64,000 nt of DNA from Malacoraja senta (lineage: Eukaryota): assembly GCA_038087875.1 (NCBI GenBank), contig CM075989.1, forward strand, positions 13,268,001 through 13,332,000. Direction: 5' to 3'. This document shows, in pieces, positions 25,620 to 38,279 of the stretch (the stretch's first letter is position 1; each line of letters begins with the position of its first letter). The position numbers and the translations under genes are program-made. The notes under the pieces were generated by a model, which was not told where the DNA came from, made no database searches, and saw only the letters and a program-made list of their open reading frames with translations.

Positions 25620-26002
25620 TTAGGAATGAAATGTTATCTTTAGATGGAGGAAGTATAGTCAATTTAGACTTGAATGATTGTTTAAACTTAATTAATTGTG
25701 GTTTGTATTCTATTCCTGCTGTACTTGTATAAGGATGCATTCAGTGTGTCAAGCTACTGATAGGTTCCGAGTGCTGGAAGATAGAGAGTATTTCAATTTG
25801 CTGTTGTAAACTAGTATTAATGGTGTTTTCACTGTTTTGAAGCTCACCTAGACCTCTTAGTAGTAGGTTTAAAAAAACAACAACATCTGGTGTCTGAATT
25901 AAGCAGAACTTTTATCAAGTAAGCTATTGTTCTTTTCCCTTGGTAGCTCACTCTGCAAACATGCAAGTACAGCGTTTAAGTGGGTTCTGTCAGCATGCAA
26001 TC

Positions 26003-28282
26003 AAAGATGGCTCAGTAAAACTATAAAGGATAGTATTCGGCTGAAGGCAAGGGCATATAAGGTAGCTAGAGATAGTGGGAGGGTAGAGGATTGGGAAGCA
26101 TTTAAAGGTCAGCAAAAAATAACTAAGAGATTAATTAAGACGGGGAAAATAGACTATGAAAGGAATTTAGCGAACAACATAAAAACTAATAGTAAGAGTT
26201 TTTATAGCTATATAAAAAGAAAAAGGGTGGCTAAGGTGAACGTTGGTCCATTGGAGGGTGAGACTGGAGAGTTGTTGGTGGGGAACATGGAAATGGCAAA
26301 GGCATTAAACGAGTATTTTGTATCAGTCTTCACCATAGAAGACACAAAAAATATTCCAACGCTGGATAAACGGGGCGGTAGGAATGGAGGAGCTAAATAC
26401 TATTAAGATCACCAAGGAGGTGGTATTAGGGAAATTAATGAGACTGAAGGAGGATAAATCCCCTGGGCCTGATGGATTACATCCAAGGGTCTTGAGGGAG
26501 ATAGCGGTGGGGATTGTGGATGCATTGGTGATAATTTTCCAAAACTCCCTGGAGGCAGGAACGGTCCCAGTGGATTGGAAAATGGCCAATGTAACACCTA
26601 TATTTAAAAAAGGAAGTAAACAGAAGGCGGGTAACTATAGACCGGTTAGTCTAACATCGGTGGTGGGTAAAATGTTAGAGACAATTATTAAAGAAACACT
26701 AACGGGGCACTTGGATAAACATGACTTCATCGGACAGAACCAGCATGGTTTTGTGAAGGGGAAGTCCTGTTTAACGAATCTGCTCGAATTCTTTGAGGAA
26801 GTAACAACCCGGGTGGATAAAGGGGAACCGGTGGATGTGGTATACTTGGACTTCCAAAAGGCTTTTGACAAGGTGCCACATAAGAGACTATTGCTAAAAA
26901 TAAAAAATTATGGGATTGGGGGTAATATATTAGCATGGGTAGAGGATTGGCTAACAAATAGGAAACAGAGAGTGGGGATAAATGGTTCATACTCGGGATG
27001 GCAACCGGTAACTAGCGGGGTTCCGCAAGGGTCGGTGCTGGGACCCCAGTTGTTCACAATTTATATAAATGATTTGGAGGAGGGAACCAAGTGTAATATA
27101 TCAAAATTTGCGGACGATACAAAAATGGGAGGAAAAGTAGGGGATGAGGAGGATAGGAAGAGTCTGCAAAAGGATATAGATAAGCTAGGTGAGTGGGCAA
27201 CAACTTGGCAGATGAAATTTAATACTAATAAATGTGAAGTCATTCACTTTGGGGAAAAAAAATGATAGGGCAAGTTATTTTCTAAATGAGGTGGAGCTGC
27301 GTTGTAATGCAACGCAAAGGGATCTAGGGGTAGTAGTACATGAATCACTAAAAGTTAGTATGCATGTGCAGCAAGCAATCAGGAAGGCCAATGGAGTTTT
27401 GGCCTTTATTGCTAGGGGGATTGAGTATAAAAACACGGAGGTCTTGCTGCAGCTGTACACAGTATTAGTGAGACCACATTTGGAATACTGTGTACAGTTC
27501 TGGGGTCCATACTTAAGAAAGGATGTACTGGCCCTGGAGGCAGTGCAGCGAAGGTTTACAAGATTAATTCCTGCAATGAGGGGATTGACATATGAGGAAA
27601 GGTTAAGTAGGCTGGAACTCTACTCTTTGGAGTTTAGAAGAATGAGAGGCGATCTCATTGAAACATATAAGATCGTGAGGGGCCTTGATCGGGTGGATGC
27701 ACCGAGGATGTTCCCAATGATCGGGGAAACTAGAACTAGGGGACATAGTTGTAGAATAAGAGGGGGCTCTTTTAAAACTGAGATGAGGAAGAACTTCTTC
27801 ACCCAGAGGGTGGTTAATTTATGGAATTCACTGCCCCAGGGAGCAGTGGAAGCAGAAACATTAAATATATTTAAATCTAAAATAGATGTTTTTTTAGCTG
27901 CCAAGGGGATAAGGGGCTACGGGGAGAGGGCAGGGATATGGACCTAGGTATGGTTAGTATAGTAAGACCTGAGTGATCTCCTGGACAAGTGTCGATCGCC
28001 TGGATTGGGGTCGGAGAGGAATTTCCCGGATTTTTTTCCCGAATTGGACCTGGGTTTTTATCCGGTTTTTTGCCTCCCCCAGGAGATCACGCGGTTCTTG
28101 GGGTGGAGAGGGGTGATAGCGATATAAAGGGGAGGGTAGTGTCTTGTGTTCTGTGTCTTGTGTCTACTGTTTGTGGGTAAGGGTGTCTGTTTAGTGTTCA
28201 GCCATGAGCGAATGGCGGTGCGGGCTCGATGGGCCTGGTGGTCTACTCTCGCACCTACTTTCTATGTTTCTATGTTTCTATG
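26003..28282 (+). mobile_element. Young 5'-truncated CR1 LINE with RT domain (two frameshifts)
   Basis: Overlapping ORFs with PGPDG, NYRPVSLTS, DFQKAFD, GVPQGSVLGP, FADD, RPHLEYC; (ttctatgt)n tail. Confidence 0.95.
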
Positions 28283-28412
28283 GTGCATGAGCTACTGTGT
28301 ATGCTTATATTGTGTCTGATCACTTTAACTGAGTTTTCTTTAAACACTATTTCTTAAGGTATTTTACATATAAACTTAAACAGTTGTTGATTTTATTACT
28401 GTTGTGTTTCAG

Positions 28413-28641
28413 TGAATTTGGACAATTAGCTGTTGATTTACTGGATCAGTCATTCAGACAAGATGAAACCATGGCCATGAAGCTGCTGACTTATGAACTG
28501 AAGAATTGGAGCAACTCGACCTGCCTCAAGTTAGCTGTCCATTCGAGACTTCGGCCGTTTGTAGCACACACCTGTACTCAAATGCTGCTGTCAGATATGT
28601 GGATGGGAAGATTGAACATGAGAAAAAATTCATGGTACAAG
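28413..28641 (+). CDS. TRPM7: TRPM7 exon 17 ([10 protein letters not shown]...NMRKNSWYK)
   Basis: ttcag|T ... AAG|gtaaaa; 229 nt. Confidence 0.96.
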
Positions 28642-28815
28642 GTAAAATGTTGCATGTTCTAATGTTTTATGGAAAGAGAAATGAAGAAGAGTAGATAATT
28701 GAGCTAATCTGAACATACTAAGGAGATAGCATAGAAGCCAAGGCATTAGGTACAAGTCACTGAAAGAATTACCTGAAGAATCCGTGTGTTGACATTTACT
28801 TTTTTTTTGGGGCAG

Positions 28816-28971
28816 GTTATTCTCAGTATTCTATTCCCACCTGCTATTCTCATGCTGGAGTTTAAAACCAAGGCTGAAATGTCTCATATTCCTCAAACTG
28901 AGGATGCACATCAAATGAACATGGAGGACAGTGAACACAACTTTCAGAGTCCAACTGATCAAATATCAATG
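28816..28971 (+). CDS. TRPM7: TRPM7 exon 18 ([17 protein letters not shown]...QISM)
   Basis: ggcag|GTT ... ATG|gtaaga; 156 nt. Confidence 0.95.
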
Positions 28972-29690
28972 GTAAGATAGTTTCAAATATGAATCATTTA
29001 TGTGATGAAACAATTGGGATAGAATATTTTTCATAACTCTTGGCATGCAACTGTTTCATACTTTGCCCTGGCCCCATCAAGCACCTCAGGCCCTTCTGTG
29101 ACTGAGTCTCCCGATTCCACATTGGTTCATCAAACATCAACATTGGTTCATCAACCACCTCAGAACCCAGATGGAGGCAAATTATCCTTCACCCAAATTT
29201 AAAATGTATTTGATTAATTTTTGTTTCTGCTATCAGAAATATATATTTTTATATTCAGAAACCTTTCACTTTGTAAGGCTGTCTGCAGTCTGCTTATTTC
29301 TTTAAGTCGCTCCATGGAGGGCCAGGCCATCTTCTAAAAAATGAAGTGTGGGTGGTTAAATATGGGCAACTGGTTTGGCTAGGTCAACTATGTGTTTGTG
29401 TGTAGCGGGGAGTTTTTAAAATATGCCACCGAATTGGAAGATTATTTTTTTTAGGGAAAGTTGCAGAATAACAATAGGGGTGCGAAGTAGTAAGGTGCAG
29501 GAGAATGACACAGAAGTGTAGCAAATAGTTTAACAGTGACTGAGAACTACAGCAAAGCCATGTGAAACAATCAAATTGGTGACCAAGGGGAAAAAAAGGT
29601 GGAAGAAAATGATTCTTCAAATGATTTCACCGATCAATTATGGTTGTGAGTTAAAATTGTGCTATATGATATGGAACTATTTTTCTGCAG

Positions 29691-29834
29691 GAAGTATTTA
29701 AAGAAGAAGGAATCTGTGACCACCATGAAGTGAAACATGATGATACAAGTCTGACTAAACCAAGAAGATTGCCTATCACAAGAAAGTTCTACTCCTTTTA
29801 CCATGCACCAATTGCAAAGTTTTGGTTTAACACA
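29691..29834 (+). CDS. TRPM7: TRPM7 exon 19 (EVFKE...RKFYSFYHAPIAKFWFNT)
   Basis: tgcag|GAA ... ACA|gtaagt; 144 nt. Confidence 0.95.
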
Positions 29835-30469
29835 GTAAGTGATAAGCGAAACAAATGGAAACATTACACTGTTTTAAAATAGAATCATTATTAAATTGTG
29901 TTTAAGGAAGCTGGTGATCTAGGCTTTCTAGAATCAATTATTTTCAGTTTCCCTTAATTGAGTGAGGAACTGGACATTCTGTTTATAGATCCAAGGTCTA
30001 TTATTGATTCTGGGGAAAAAAGAAGGATCTTCCTAGAAGAGTTAGTCATATAAAAAGAATTTGGTTATAAATGTGCAGTGAGTTAGAACTTTGATTCATT
30101 ACCTGGACTGTAATTCCTTGAAGGCCAACTATGGAACCCACTCTTTCAAATATGTGTGTCTCATGAGTTTACCCTGAGGAACAGGCTCAGTTCGCAATTT
30201 CATTTTAATAGTGCAAAACTGCTCTTAGTTATTCAATGCAGAATTCAAAGATGCTTGAGGGCGGAAGTGAATGCAAAACAGGGAGGATACGCAAATTGCA
30301 GTATGATTAAAGTAATCTGCTTAATTATTTGACAACAAAATAAAATTTAAGGAAGATGGAACAAAGGATTTGTGAAATGCAGAGCTTGAAGATGTGTCTG
30401 GCAGGTCAGCCTGGCCATGTCCCATGGCCAGAGGAAAGAAAGAAAAAAAAACTAAACCAATATCACAGA

Positions 30470-31320
30470 TGAACATTTGGTACAGAGAGAGAAATCGAGT
30501 TACCCAAAGTTGTATTATTTAATACTGAGTCCAGAAGGCTACAATGTGTCAAGACAGAAGATGAGATGCTGTTGCTTAAGGTTGCTATGCTGGACGATCG
30601 TCCTTTTCCACCATTCAGCAACCCTAACAAATTTTCCAGGTGAAGCAATGATTCATTTGCACTGCATCACTTGTACTGCATTTATTGTTTACAATGTGTT
30701 CTCCTCTACATTGACAAAACCAAACGCAGATTAGGTGACTGTTTTGTAGAGCACTTACGTTTAGTCCGCAGGAGCGACTTTCAGCTTCTCGTTGACAGCC
30801 CTTTTAATTTCCCATCTCATGCTGACTTAACTGTTACAATGATTGATGCCTAATGCAAGCTTGTGGAACAGCATTTCATCTTCCATCTGGAAACTTCTGG
30901 ACTCTGTATTAAATTCTACAACTTTGGGTAACTTAATTTCTATGTCAGTATCAGTTATCCACCTGTGATATTGGTGCAGTCCCCCCCCCTCCCCCCCCCC
31001 TTTTTTTTCAGCCTGACTTGCTGGGCATGTCCTCCTGCTCTGCATTTTGGACTCCTACCTTGTTTGTCAGTGTTCCTTTGTCTATGTCTTTGCACTCTAC
31101 CTGCTCCAATTGACCTATTGACATATACACCTTATGCCCATGGTCACCCTGTTTTTAATCTTATCGGAGACTTCCCTTCTCCATACTCCATTTAGCATAA
31201 TGTTTTTGTCTCCTTCCCAGTTATAACAAAGAGTCTTTGACTTGAAATGCCAACCCTGCTTCTCTTCCTACAGATGCAACTTAACATGCTTGAGTATTTC
31301 CAGTTTTTCCTGCTGTAGTA
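30470..31320 (+). mobile_element. Old Penelope-like fragment (GIY-YIG relic) preceded by an inverted piece
   Basis: ORF 30671-30853 YCIYCLQCVLLYIDKTKRRLGDCFVEHLR; reverse-complement piece at ~30490-30600. Confidence 0.7.
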
Positions 31321-31398
31321 CTATGCATGAAGTTTAGACTGCTAGCTTGAGGAGTCTCCTGCATTTCAAAACACTAATGTATCTTTTATTATTTTCAG

Positions 31399-31527
31399 TT
31401 GGCTTATTTGGGATTCCTCATGCTGTACACATATGTTGTCTTGGTACGAATGCAAGAGTCACCGTCAGTACAGGAATGGATCGTGATTTCCTTTATTTTT
31501 ACATTAGCCATAGAAAAAGTTAGAGAG
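31399..31527 (+). CDS. TRPM7: TRPM7 exon 20, S1-S2 ([16 protein letters not shown]...IEKVRE)
   Basis: ttcag|TTG ... GAG|gtatga; 129 nt. Confidence 0.96.
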
Positions 31528-32462
31528 GTATGAGTCACTCTTAATATTTTCTATCCATAGTTTAATATTGTATGCATTGTTTGTAAAATATTCTGTATTA
31601 AATTGTTTCGTGAAGACATCTGCTAAAGTTGAGTGTGGGACCATGGTGTCCTCAAGGCTCTGAATTTTAGTCATTTTGTATTTTGTAGCTTTTTGGTTCT
31701 TTTCGTCCTGAGCTAGACATATCTAGTCTTTATTCGCTTTGCATCATTGAAACATGATTGTTCATTCATTGTTGTCTGCAAGCCCCTACCACTCCCCTAC
31801 CCCTCCCCAAGAATAGTTTTTTAATAACTGTTTGAACCTTCCCTATACAAAATTTCTCACACTCTATTAATCCATCCTCCGTCACATTATTTTGGTTAGT
31901 TCACCAATACTGAATATCATTTCTCCTATCTCTTTACTGCATTTTCCATGTTGAGCCCATATTTATCATTCATAGTGGTGAAGCACAATTGACAACCTGT
32001 AACCACTAAAACACGCTTCCAAACAACCCAAAACTTCACCCATCCTTTTTCTCCAGAGATGCTGCCTGACCGGTTGAGTTACTCCAGCACTTTGTATCTA
32101 TCTGCAGTCCTTTGAAACCTCTTTAGTTTCTTGCACATTTCCCTCAACAACTTTTGTCATCCACATGGCATCGTGAAAATCAAAAAAGCTGGAAATCTGC
32201 AATAAAAATAGTAAATGTAAGAAGCACTCAACAAGTCAGGTCGACTATGTAGTCTCAGGTCGAACCCCAACCGTTATCATATCTCCACTCATGAAACTCC
32301 CTGCTGTTCATAAATTATTTCAGAGTGGCTCCATGAGTTTGTTTGATTTTGTCATTTCAAACTCCAGAAGTTTAATGAAGCAGAAATCTAGCATTGCCTA
32401 ATCTAACCTGCTATTTTTAGTTTGTCAATGGGATTACAAGGTATTTTTTTTTTTTTTTTTAG

Positions 32463-32684
32463 ATCTTCATGTCAGAAGCTGGAAAGATAAATCAGAAGAT
32501 CAATGTCTATTTCAGTGACTATTTCAACATCACTGACGCACTTGCTATAATTTTATTTTTTGTTGGTTTTGGACTGAGGTTTGGAAGTGGGCAAGTGAGG
32601 ATTGCTGGGAGAACAATGTATTGCCTCAATATTATATTTTGGTATGTGCGACTTCTGGATTTCCTGGCAGTCAATCAGCATGCA
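32463..32684 (+). CDS. TRPM7: TRPM7 exon 21, S3-S4, 3' end cut by the assembly gap (IFMSEAGK...LLDFLAVNQHA)
   Basis: T-tract ag|ATC; open frame runs into the N run at 32685. Confidence 0.95.
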
Positions 32685-32884
32685 NNNNNNNNNNNNNNNN
32701 NNNNNNNNNNNNNNNNNNNNNNNNNNNNNNNNNNNNNNNNNNNNNNNNNNNNNNNNNNNNNNNNNNNNNNNNNNNNNNNNNNNNNNNNNNNNNNNNNNNN
32801 NNNNNNNNNNNNNNNNNNNNNNNNNNNNNNNNNNNNNNNNNNNNNNNNNNNNNNNNNNNNNNNNNNNNNNNNNNNNNNNNNNNN
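32685..32884. other. Assembly gap (200 N)
   Basis: Run of N; left side is mid-exon 21, right side is inside an L1 RT region. Confidence 1.
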
Positions 32885-35000
32885 ATTCGACACCGTTACG
32901 AGTAACACCTTTAAAGGAAGTGGAGGACCTTAAAGAAATGGCCAGTGGTTCAATAGCCAAAGCGAAGAGAGATGGAGATAAAGGACAGCCATGACGTGTC
33001 CCATGTTCCAGTGCAAAGTATTCAGAACGAATATCAGTTGTTTGAACACTAGCTTGTGGCAATGCATACAGTAATCTTACCCAACTGATAAATTTATCTC
33101 CAAAATCAAATTTCTTCAATACCGTGAATAGGTACCCCCACTCAACCCAATCAAATGCCTTCTCAGCACCTAATGAAATTACAATCTCAGGTAAATTATC
33201 AGAATGTGTTGAATAAATAATATTTAAAAGAGTACGAATGTTGAAATATAAATGGCGTCCCTTAATAAAGCCATTCTGTTCCTCAGAAATAATACTAGAC
33301 AAAACCCTCTCTAGACGGAGAGCAATAATTTTGGCCAAAACTTTTACTTCAGCATTCAGTAAAGGCAGAGGTCTATAAGAACCACAGGAAGTGGGATCTT
33401 TATCTTTCTTTAAAAGAAGAACTATCGACGCTTGAGTCAGTGTGGGAGGTAACAAACCATTTTACAAAGATTCATTGAACATCAACAAAAGCATCAATAA
33501 ATTTCTTTAGGAACTCTATTCGAAATCCATCAGGACCTGGGGCTTTGTGAGATTGCATTGCTGTAATTGCAAAACGTAGTTCTTCAAGGGAAAGTGGAGC
33601 ATCCAATTCTTTTGCACGGTCAGAATCAATGGTAGGATTCTCAAGATTGGCCAGGAACTGATTCATTTTGGTAGTATCAGCAATGAATTCTGATTTGTAT
33701 AGGGAAGAATAAAATGATTTAAATGTGGCATTAATTTCCACAGTCTCCGTAACAGTCGTGTTAAATATATTATTAATTTGCCGTATAAGACACGAGGTGA
33801 ACTGACGTTTTAATTGGTGTGCTTGAAATCGATTTGCTTTGTCACCATGTTCATAATAAGTACCACGAGTTTGTAACAACAGTCTCTCAGCACTTCTGGT
33901 AGAAATAAGATCAAACTCCGCCTGAAGATTAAGACGCTTCTTAAATAGTTCTGGAGAAGGATCGGATGAACATTCTTGATGAGGCTATTAATAGCAGATG
34001 TAAGCTCTGTAAGCCTGGTATTGCGTTTTTTTATTAGAATAGGAGAATATGAAATAATCTGCCTTCTAAGAAAAGCTTTCAGTGACTCCCAAATTAATGA
34101 AAAAGATGTAGATTCACTCTGGTTAAAGAAGAGAAAGTCATCCATTGAGTTTGAAACAAATTCACAAAATGTTTTATCGGCCAACAATAATGAGTTAAAT
34201 CTCCAAGGGGGGGGGGGAGTAGATTTATGTATAGGTAACTGAATATCTGGAAATAATGGTGCATGATCAGATATTAGAATACTTGAATAATCTGAGTAAA
34301 CAACACATGAGTTGAGACTTATCTATAAAGAAATAATCTATTCTTGAATATGATTGATGTACCTGAGAAAAGAAAGAGAACTTTTTGGTTGAGGGGTTAC
34401 AAAGTCTCAAAGGGTCAACCAAACCACTCCGGGTCATAAAATCAGAAAAAGATTTAGACATAGCTGATTGGGATAAAGTGCAGGGACTAGAACGATCTAA
34501 CATTCGATCAAAAACACAATTCAGATCACCTCCAAAAAATAACAAATGGGTATTTAAATGAGGTATATTACTAAGTAATCTATTAGAGAATTCATCATCA
34601 TCAAAGTTAGGTGCATAGACATTTACTAACAACACATTTGCATTAATGTACCTGCAACTATTAGATATCGACAATTTTTATCAGCAATAACATAGTTGAT
34701 AAAAACTGAATTGTTTTATTAATTAAAATAGCAACCCCTCTAGCTTTAGAATTAAAATTGTAGTGGTAGACCTGACCTATCCAAGAGGACTGCAGCCAAT
34801 GATGATATTTAAGTCTAAGATGAGTCTCGTGCAAAAAAAACTATGTCAGAGTTAAGCTGTTTTAGGTGACTGGAAAGCCTGGATCTTTTAATAGGATTGC
34901 CCATACCATGTATATTCCAAGTGAGAAAACGAATAGGTGTGCGTGAGCGAAGATTGCAGGGATTCCAATTAGCAGATTTATGTGTGAAGAGAAAAAAAAG
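32885..35000 (-). mobile_element. L1-clade LINE ORF2 (APE endonuclease to RT), frameshifted, running into the gap
   Basis: Minus frames FLTWNIHG, NVYAPN, GGDLNC, YSRIDYF, KAPGPDG, SYRPLPLLN, AEKAFD, GCPLSP. Confidence 0.92.
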
Positions 35001-35018
35001 AAGAAAAAAAAGAAAAAA

Positions 35019-35050
<32 letters not shown>

Positions 35051-35129
35051 AATCACTCACACAATCACTCACACAATCACTCACACAATCACACACACAA
35101 TCACAAACACACACACACACACTCACACA
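35019..35129. repeat. (CA)n / (CACTCACACAAT)n compound microsatellite
   Basis: Directly visible. Confidence 0.95.
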
Positions 35130-35337
35130 ATCTTCTGTGATGAAAAGCACTAATGGCAGGTTTTGCAGTAAATTTGTGTTTTGTCTTGCTAAAACGTTGG
35201 GCTTACACACTGAATTCTACAGCTGTCTATTAACATTTAAGTTTGCATTAGTTAGAAGAGCTTTATGTGAATAGAGCACTTGTTATGTCTCCAATTGATC
35301 CATATTAGTCAACCTTGCTTTTCCTTTCTCCATGAAG

Positions 35338-35470
35338 CCTGTGCCAACAACACTGAAGAAGGTGCAAGGCAACGCTGTGTCATTGGATATTGGATAACGC
35401 CATTTTTACAAGCAGTCTACCTCTTTGTACAGTATATTCTCATGGTGAATCTTCTCATTGCCTTTTTCAA
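35338..35470 (+). CDS. TRPM7: TRPM7 exon 23, outer pore loop and S6 ([43 protein letters not shown])
   Basis: pyrimidine tract-catgaag|CC ... AA|gtgagt; 133 nt. Confidence 0.93.
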
Positions 35471-36290
35471 GTGAGTATATTCTTGCTTCCAGTTATACAG
35501 TTAATTAAAAGGGCACATTGTGTCAGTTTTATATATTATCTAAATTCTGTGGGAACCAGGGGGCACAAGCACAGCCTAGCAAGTACAATAACAATGTACA
35601 ACAGAGGCAGTGCAGTTTGAGATTTACTCTTCACCTTGCTGTTAATAGCTTTTTAATTGGCTGTCATTATTCCCACCCCGTAATTCAGTCCCTCAATTCC
35701 TTTTGTTTTCCGATTCACTAAGTCCTCCTTGAAGCCTACTTTTTCAGCAAACCTTTTGGCTAAACCTTGTTACTTTCATAAATGGAGATTTTCTTGAACT
35801 TCTGAAACGAATACAACTTGTTCGTCATGGTAGTGCAGCGCAAAATACTTGCAACAACTTGTTTTTATTTTGGCAACCTTTTAATGCAAATAAGGCCTTA
35901 AAGAGGGAAAATTGGCATTGAGTCAAAAAGGAGTTTGGATTGCATTTGGTCAAACAGATGTGATCTCAGAGCTACGGTGTGAAAGGTTTATGGAAAAAAT
36001 TCTGGAGAGCAAACTAAGGAGCTGAATGCAGAGTCACCTAAGGAGCAGAAAGAGATTGCACACTTCAGATGTTTGATTAGAAAAAATAACTTGAACACCA
36101 ACATTAATCAGTCAATAAGATTTCAGCGCTCAGTAATTAATGCGTCAGAATTTTTTTGAGAAAACAATTTCTGTCAATTAAACTTTGTAAAATGGCCTAA
36201 ATCCTTTTTCAATAATTAAAAATGATCACAATGTACAGTAAAACTAATAAAACCATAGTGTGGTAATACATTTTCTATTTTTCTTTTTAG

Positions 36291-36478
36291 CAATGTGTAT
36301 TTCCAAGTGAAGGCCATTTCAAACATTGTATGGAAATATCAACGGTACCATTTTATCATGGCATATCATGAAAAACCTGTGCTACCGCCACCTCTCATCA
36401 TCCTCAGCCACTTCGCTTTAATGATCTCTAACATTTGCCGTCAAGGAAAGAAACATGACAGAGGTCAAGGCGGGCCAA
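36291..36478 (+). CDS. TRPM7: TRPM7 exon 24, TRP domain (NVYFQVKAISNIVWKYQRYHF...GGP)
   Basis: tttag|C ... A|gtaagc; 188 nt. Confidence 0.96.
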
Positions 36479-36500
36479 GTAAGCAGTATATTCAGGATGT

Positions 36501-37757
36501 TTAAGAAGGAACTGAAGATGCTGGACAATCGAAGGTAGACAAAAATGCTGGAGAAACTCAGTGGGTAAGGCAGCATCTATGGAGTGAAGGAAATAGGCAA
36601 TGTTTTGGGTCGAACCCCTTCTTCAGACTGATGTGAGGGTGGTGGGGGGAGGGGAGAAAAAAGGAAGAGGTGGAGCCAGTGGGCTGAAGGAGAGCTGAGA
36701 AGGTTAGTAGAAAGTAGGGACTACCTGAAATTAGAGAAATCAATGTTCACACCGCTGGGGTGCAAACTGCCCAAGCGAAATATGAGGTGCTGCTCCTCCA
36801 ATTTACAGTGGTCCTCACTCTGGCCATGGAGGAGGCCCAGGAGAGAAAGGTTGGATTCGGAATGGGAGGGGGAGTTGAGGTGCTGAGCCAACGGGAGATC
36901 AGGTTGGTTATTGTGAACCGAGCGTAGGTGTTCGGCGAAGCGATCGCCAAGCCTACGCTTGGTCTCACTGATGTAGAGCAGCTGACATCTAGAGCAGCGG
37001 AAGCAATAGATGAAGTTGGAGGAGGTGCAGGTGAACCTCTGCCGCACCTGGAAAGACTGCTTGGGTCCTTGAATGGAGTCAAGGGGGGAGGTAAAACGAC
37101 AAGTGTAGCATTTCCTGCGGTTGCAAGGGAAAGTGCCCGGATGGGAAGGGACGAATTGACCAGGGAGTTACGGAGGGAGCGGTCTCTGCGGAAAGCAGAC
37201 AGGGGAGGAGATGGGAAGATGTGGCAAGTGGTGGGATCATGTTGGAGGTGGTGAAAATGTCGGAGGATTATTTGTTGTATGTGACGGCTGGTTGGGTGGA
37301 AGGTGAGCATAAGGGGGACTCAGCCCTTGTTACGAGTGGAGGGGGGGGGGGGGTGGGATCTGAGAGCAGAGTCACGGTATATGGAAGAGACCCTGGTGAG
37401 AGCCTCATCTATAGTAGAAGAGGGGTACCCCATGTTCCCTGAAGAATGAGGACATAAATTCTGAATGTGAGGACCACCGTAAATTGGAGGAGCAGCACCT
37501 CATATTTCGCTTGGGCAGTTTGCACCCCAGCGGTATGAACATTGACTTCTCTAATTTCAGGTAGTCCCTACTTTCCTCTCCCCTTCTCAGCTGTCCTTCA
37601 GCCCACTGGCTCCACCTCTTCCTTTCTTCTTCCCACCCCCCCCCCCCCCCCACCCTCACATCAGTCTGAAGAAGGGTTTCGAGCCGAAACGTTGCCCATT
37701 TCCTTCGCTCCATAGATGCTGCCTCACCCGCTGAGTTTCTCCAGCATTTTTGTCTAC
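36501..37757 (-). mobile_element. Penelope-like retroelement (GIY-YIG endonuclease C-terminus) with inverted terminal duplication
   Basis: ORF 36721-37047 FIYCFRCSRCQLLYISETKRRLGDRFAEH; inverted arms 36534-36818 / 37467-37758; 17-bp TSD cagt(a/g)tattcaggatgt. Confidence 0.9.
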
Positions 37758-38279
37758 CAGTGTATTCAGGATGTCAATTGCTAAAATTATTATTCAGTGA
37801 TCTACAGTTGCATGATTTCTTGCATATGCTAGTTGGCATCATAATGTTTTCTGTTAAGTGAAGTTGATTTTATTTAAGAGATTAAAAGTCCACATTTGAC
37901 TTTTTGTAATAACAAGCTACATACAAATTTTGGCACTTTAAATTCTCTTCCCTCTTTGGTGTGTTCCAGGTTGATTGCACTATTTTTGTTCGGTATCTCC
38001 TCATTGCAGAATTGTATTCTTTATAATTGGTATTTTCATAGATCTTTTCACATTTGCCTTTATTCAAAACAAAACTCTTGCTTCTTTGCATTTGTTGGAA
38101 TGCCTGCAATCTTTGCCTATTAATCTGGAATTTAACATATCCTAAATTATTTTATCCACAGATTCTCAGATTTATATGCTGTCGGATTTTCAGAGTTTTT
38201 AGATGAATAAATTTGTTGCTTTCTTTTGTCAAAATGTTCTCAACAAATTGCACATTTCCCTTGATCTTGTCTCTTGCAG

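Noticed and set aside
32553-33455. Apparent RT-TRPM7 fusion ORFs across the N run
   Set aside because: Artefact of translating through the assembly gap
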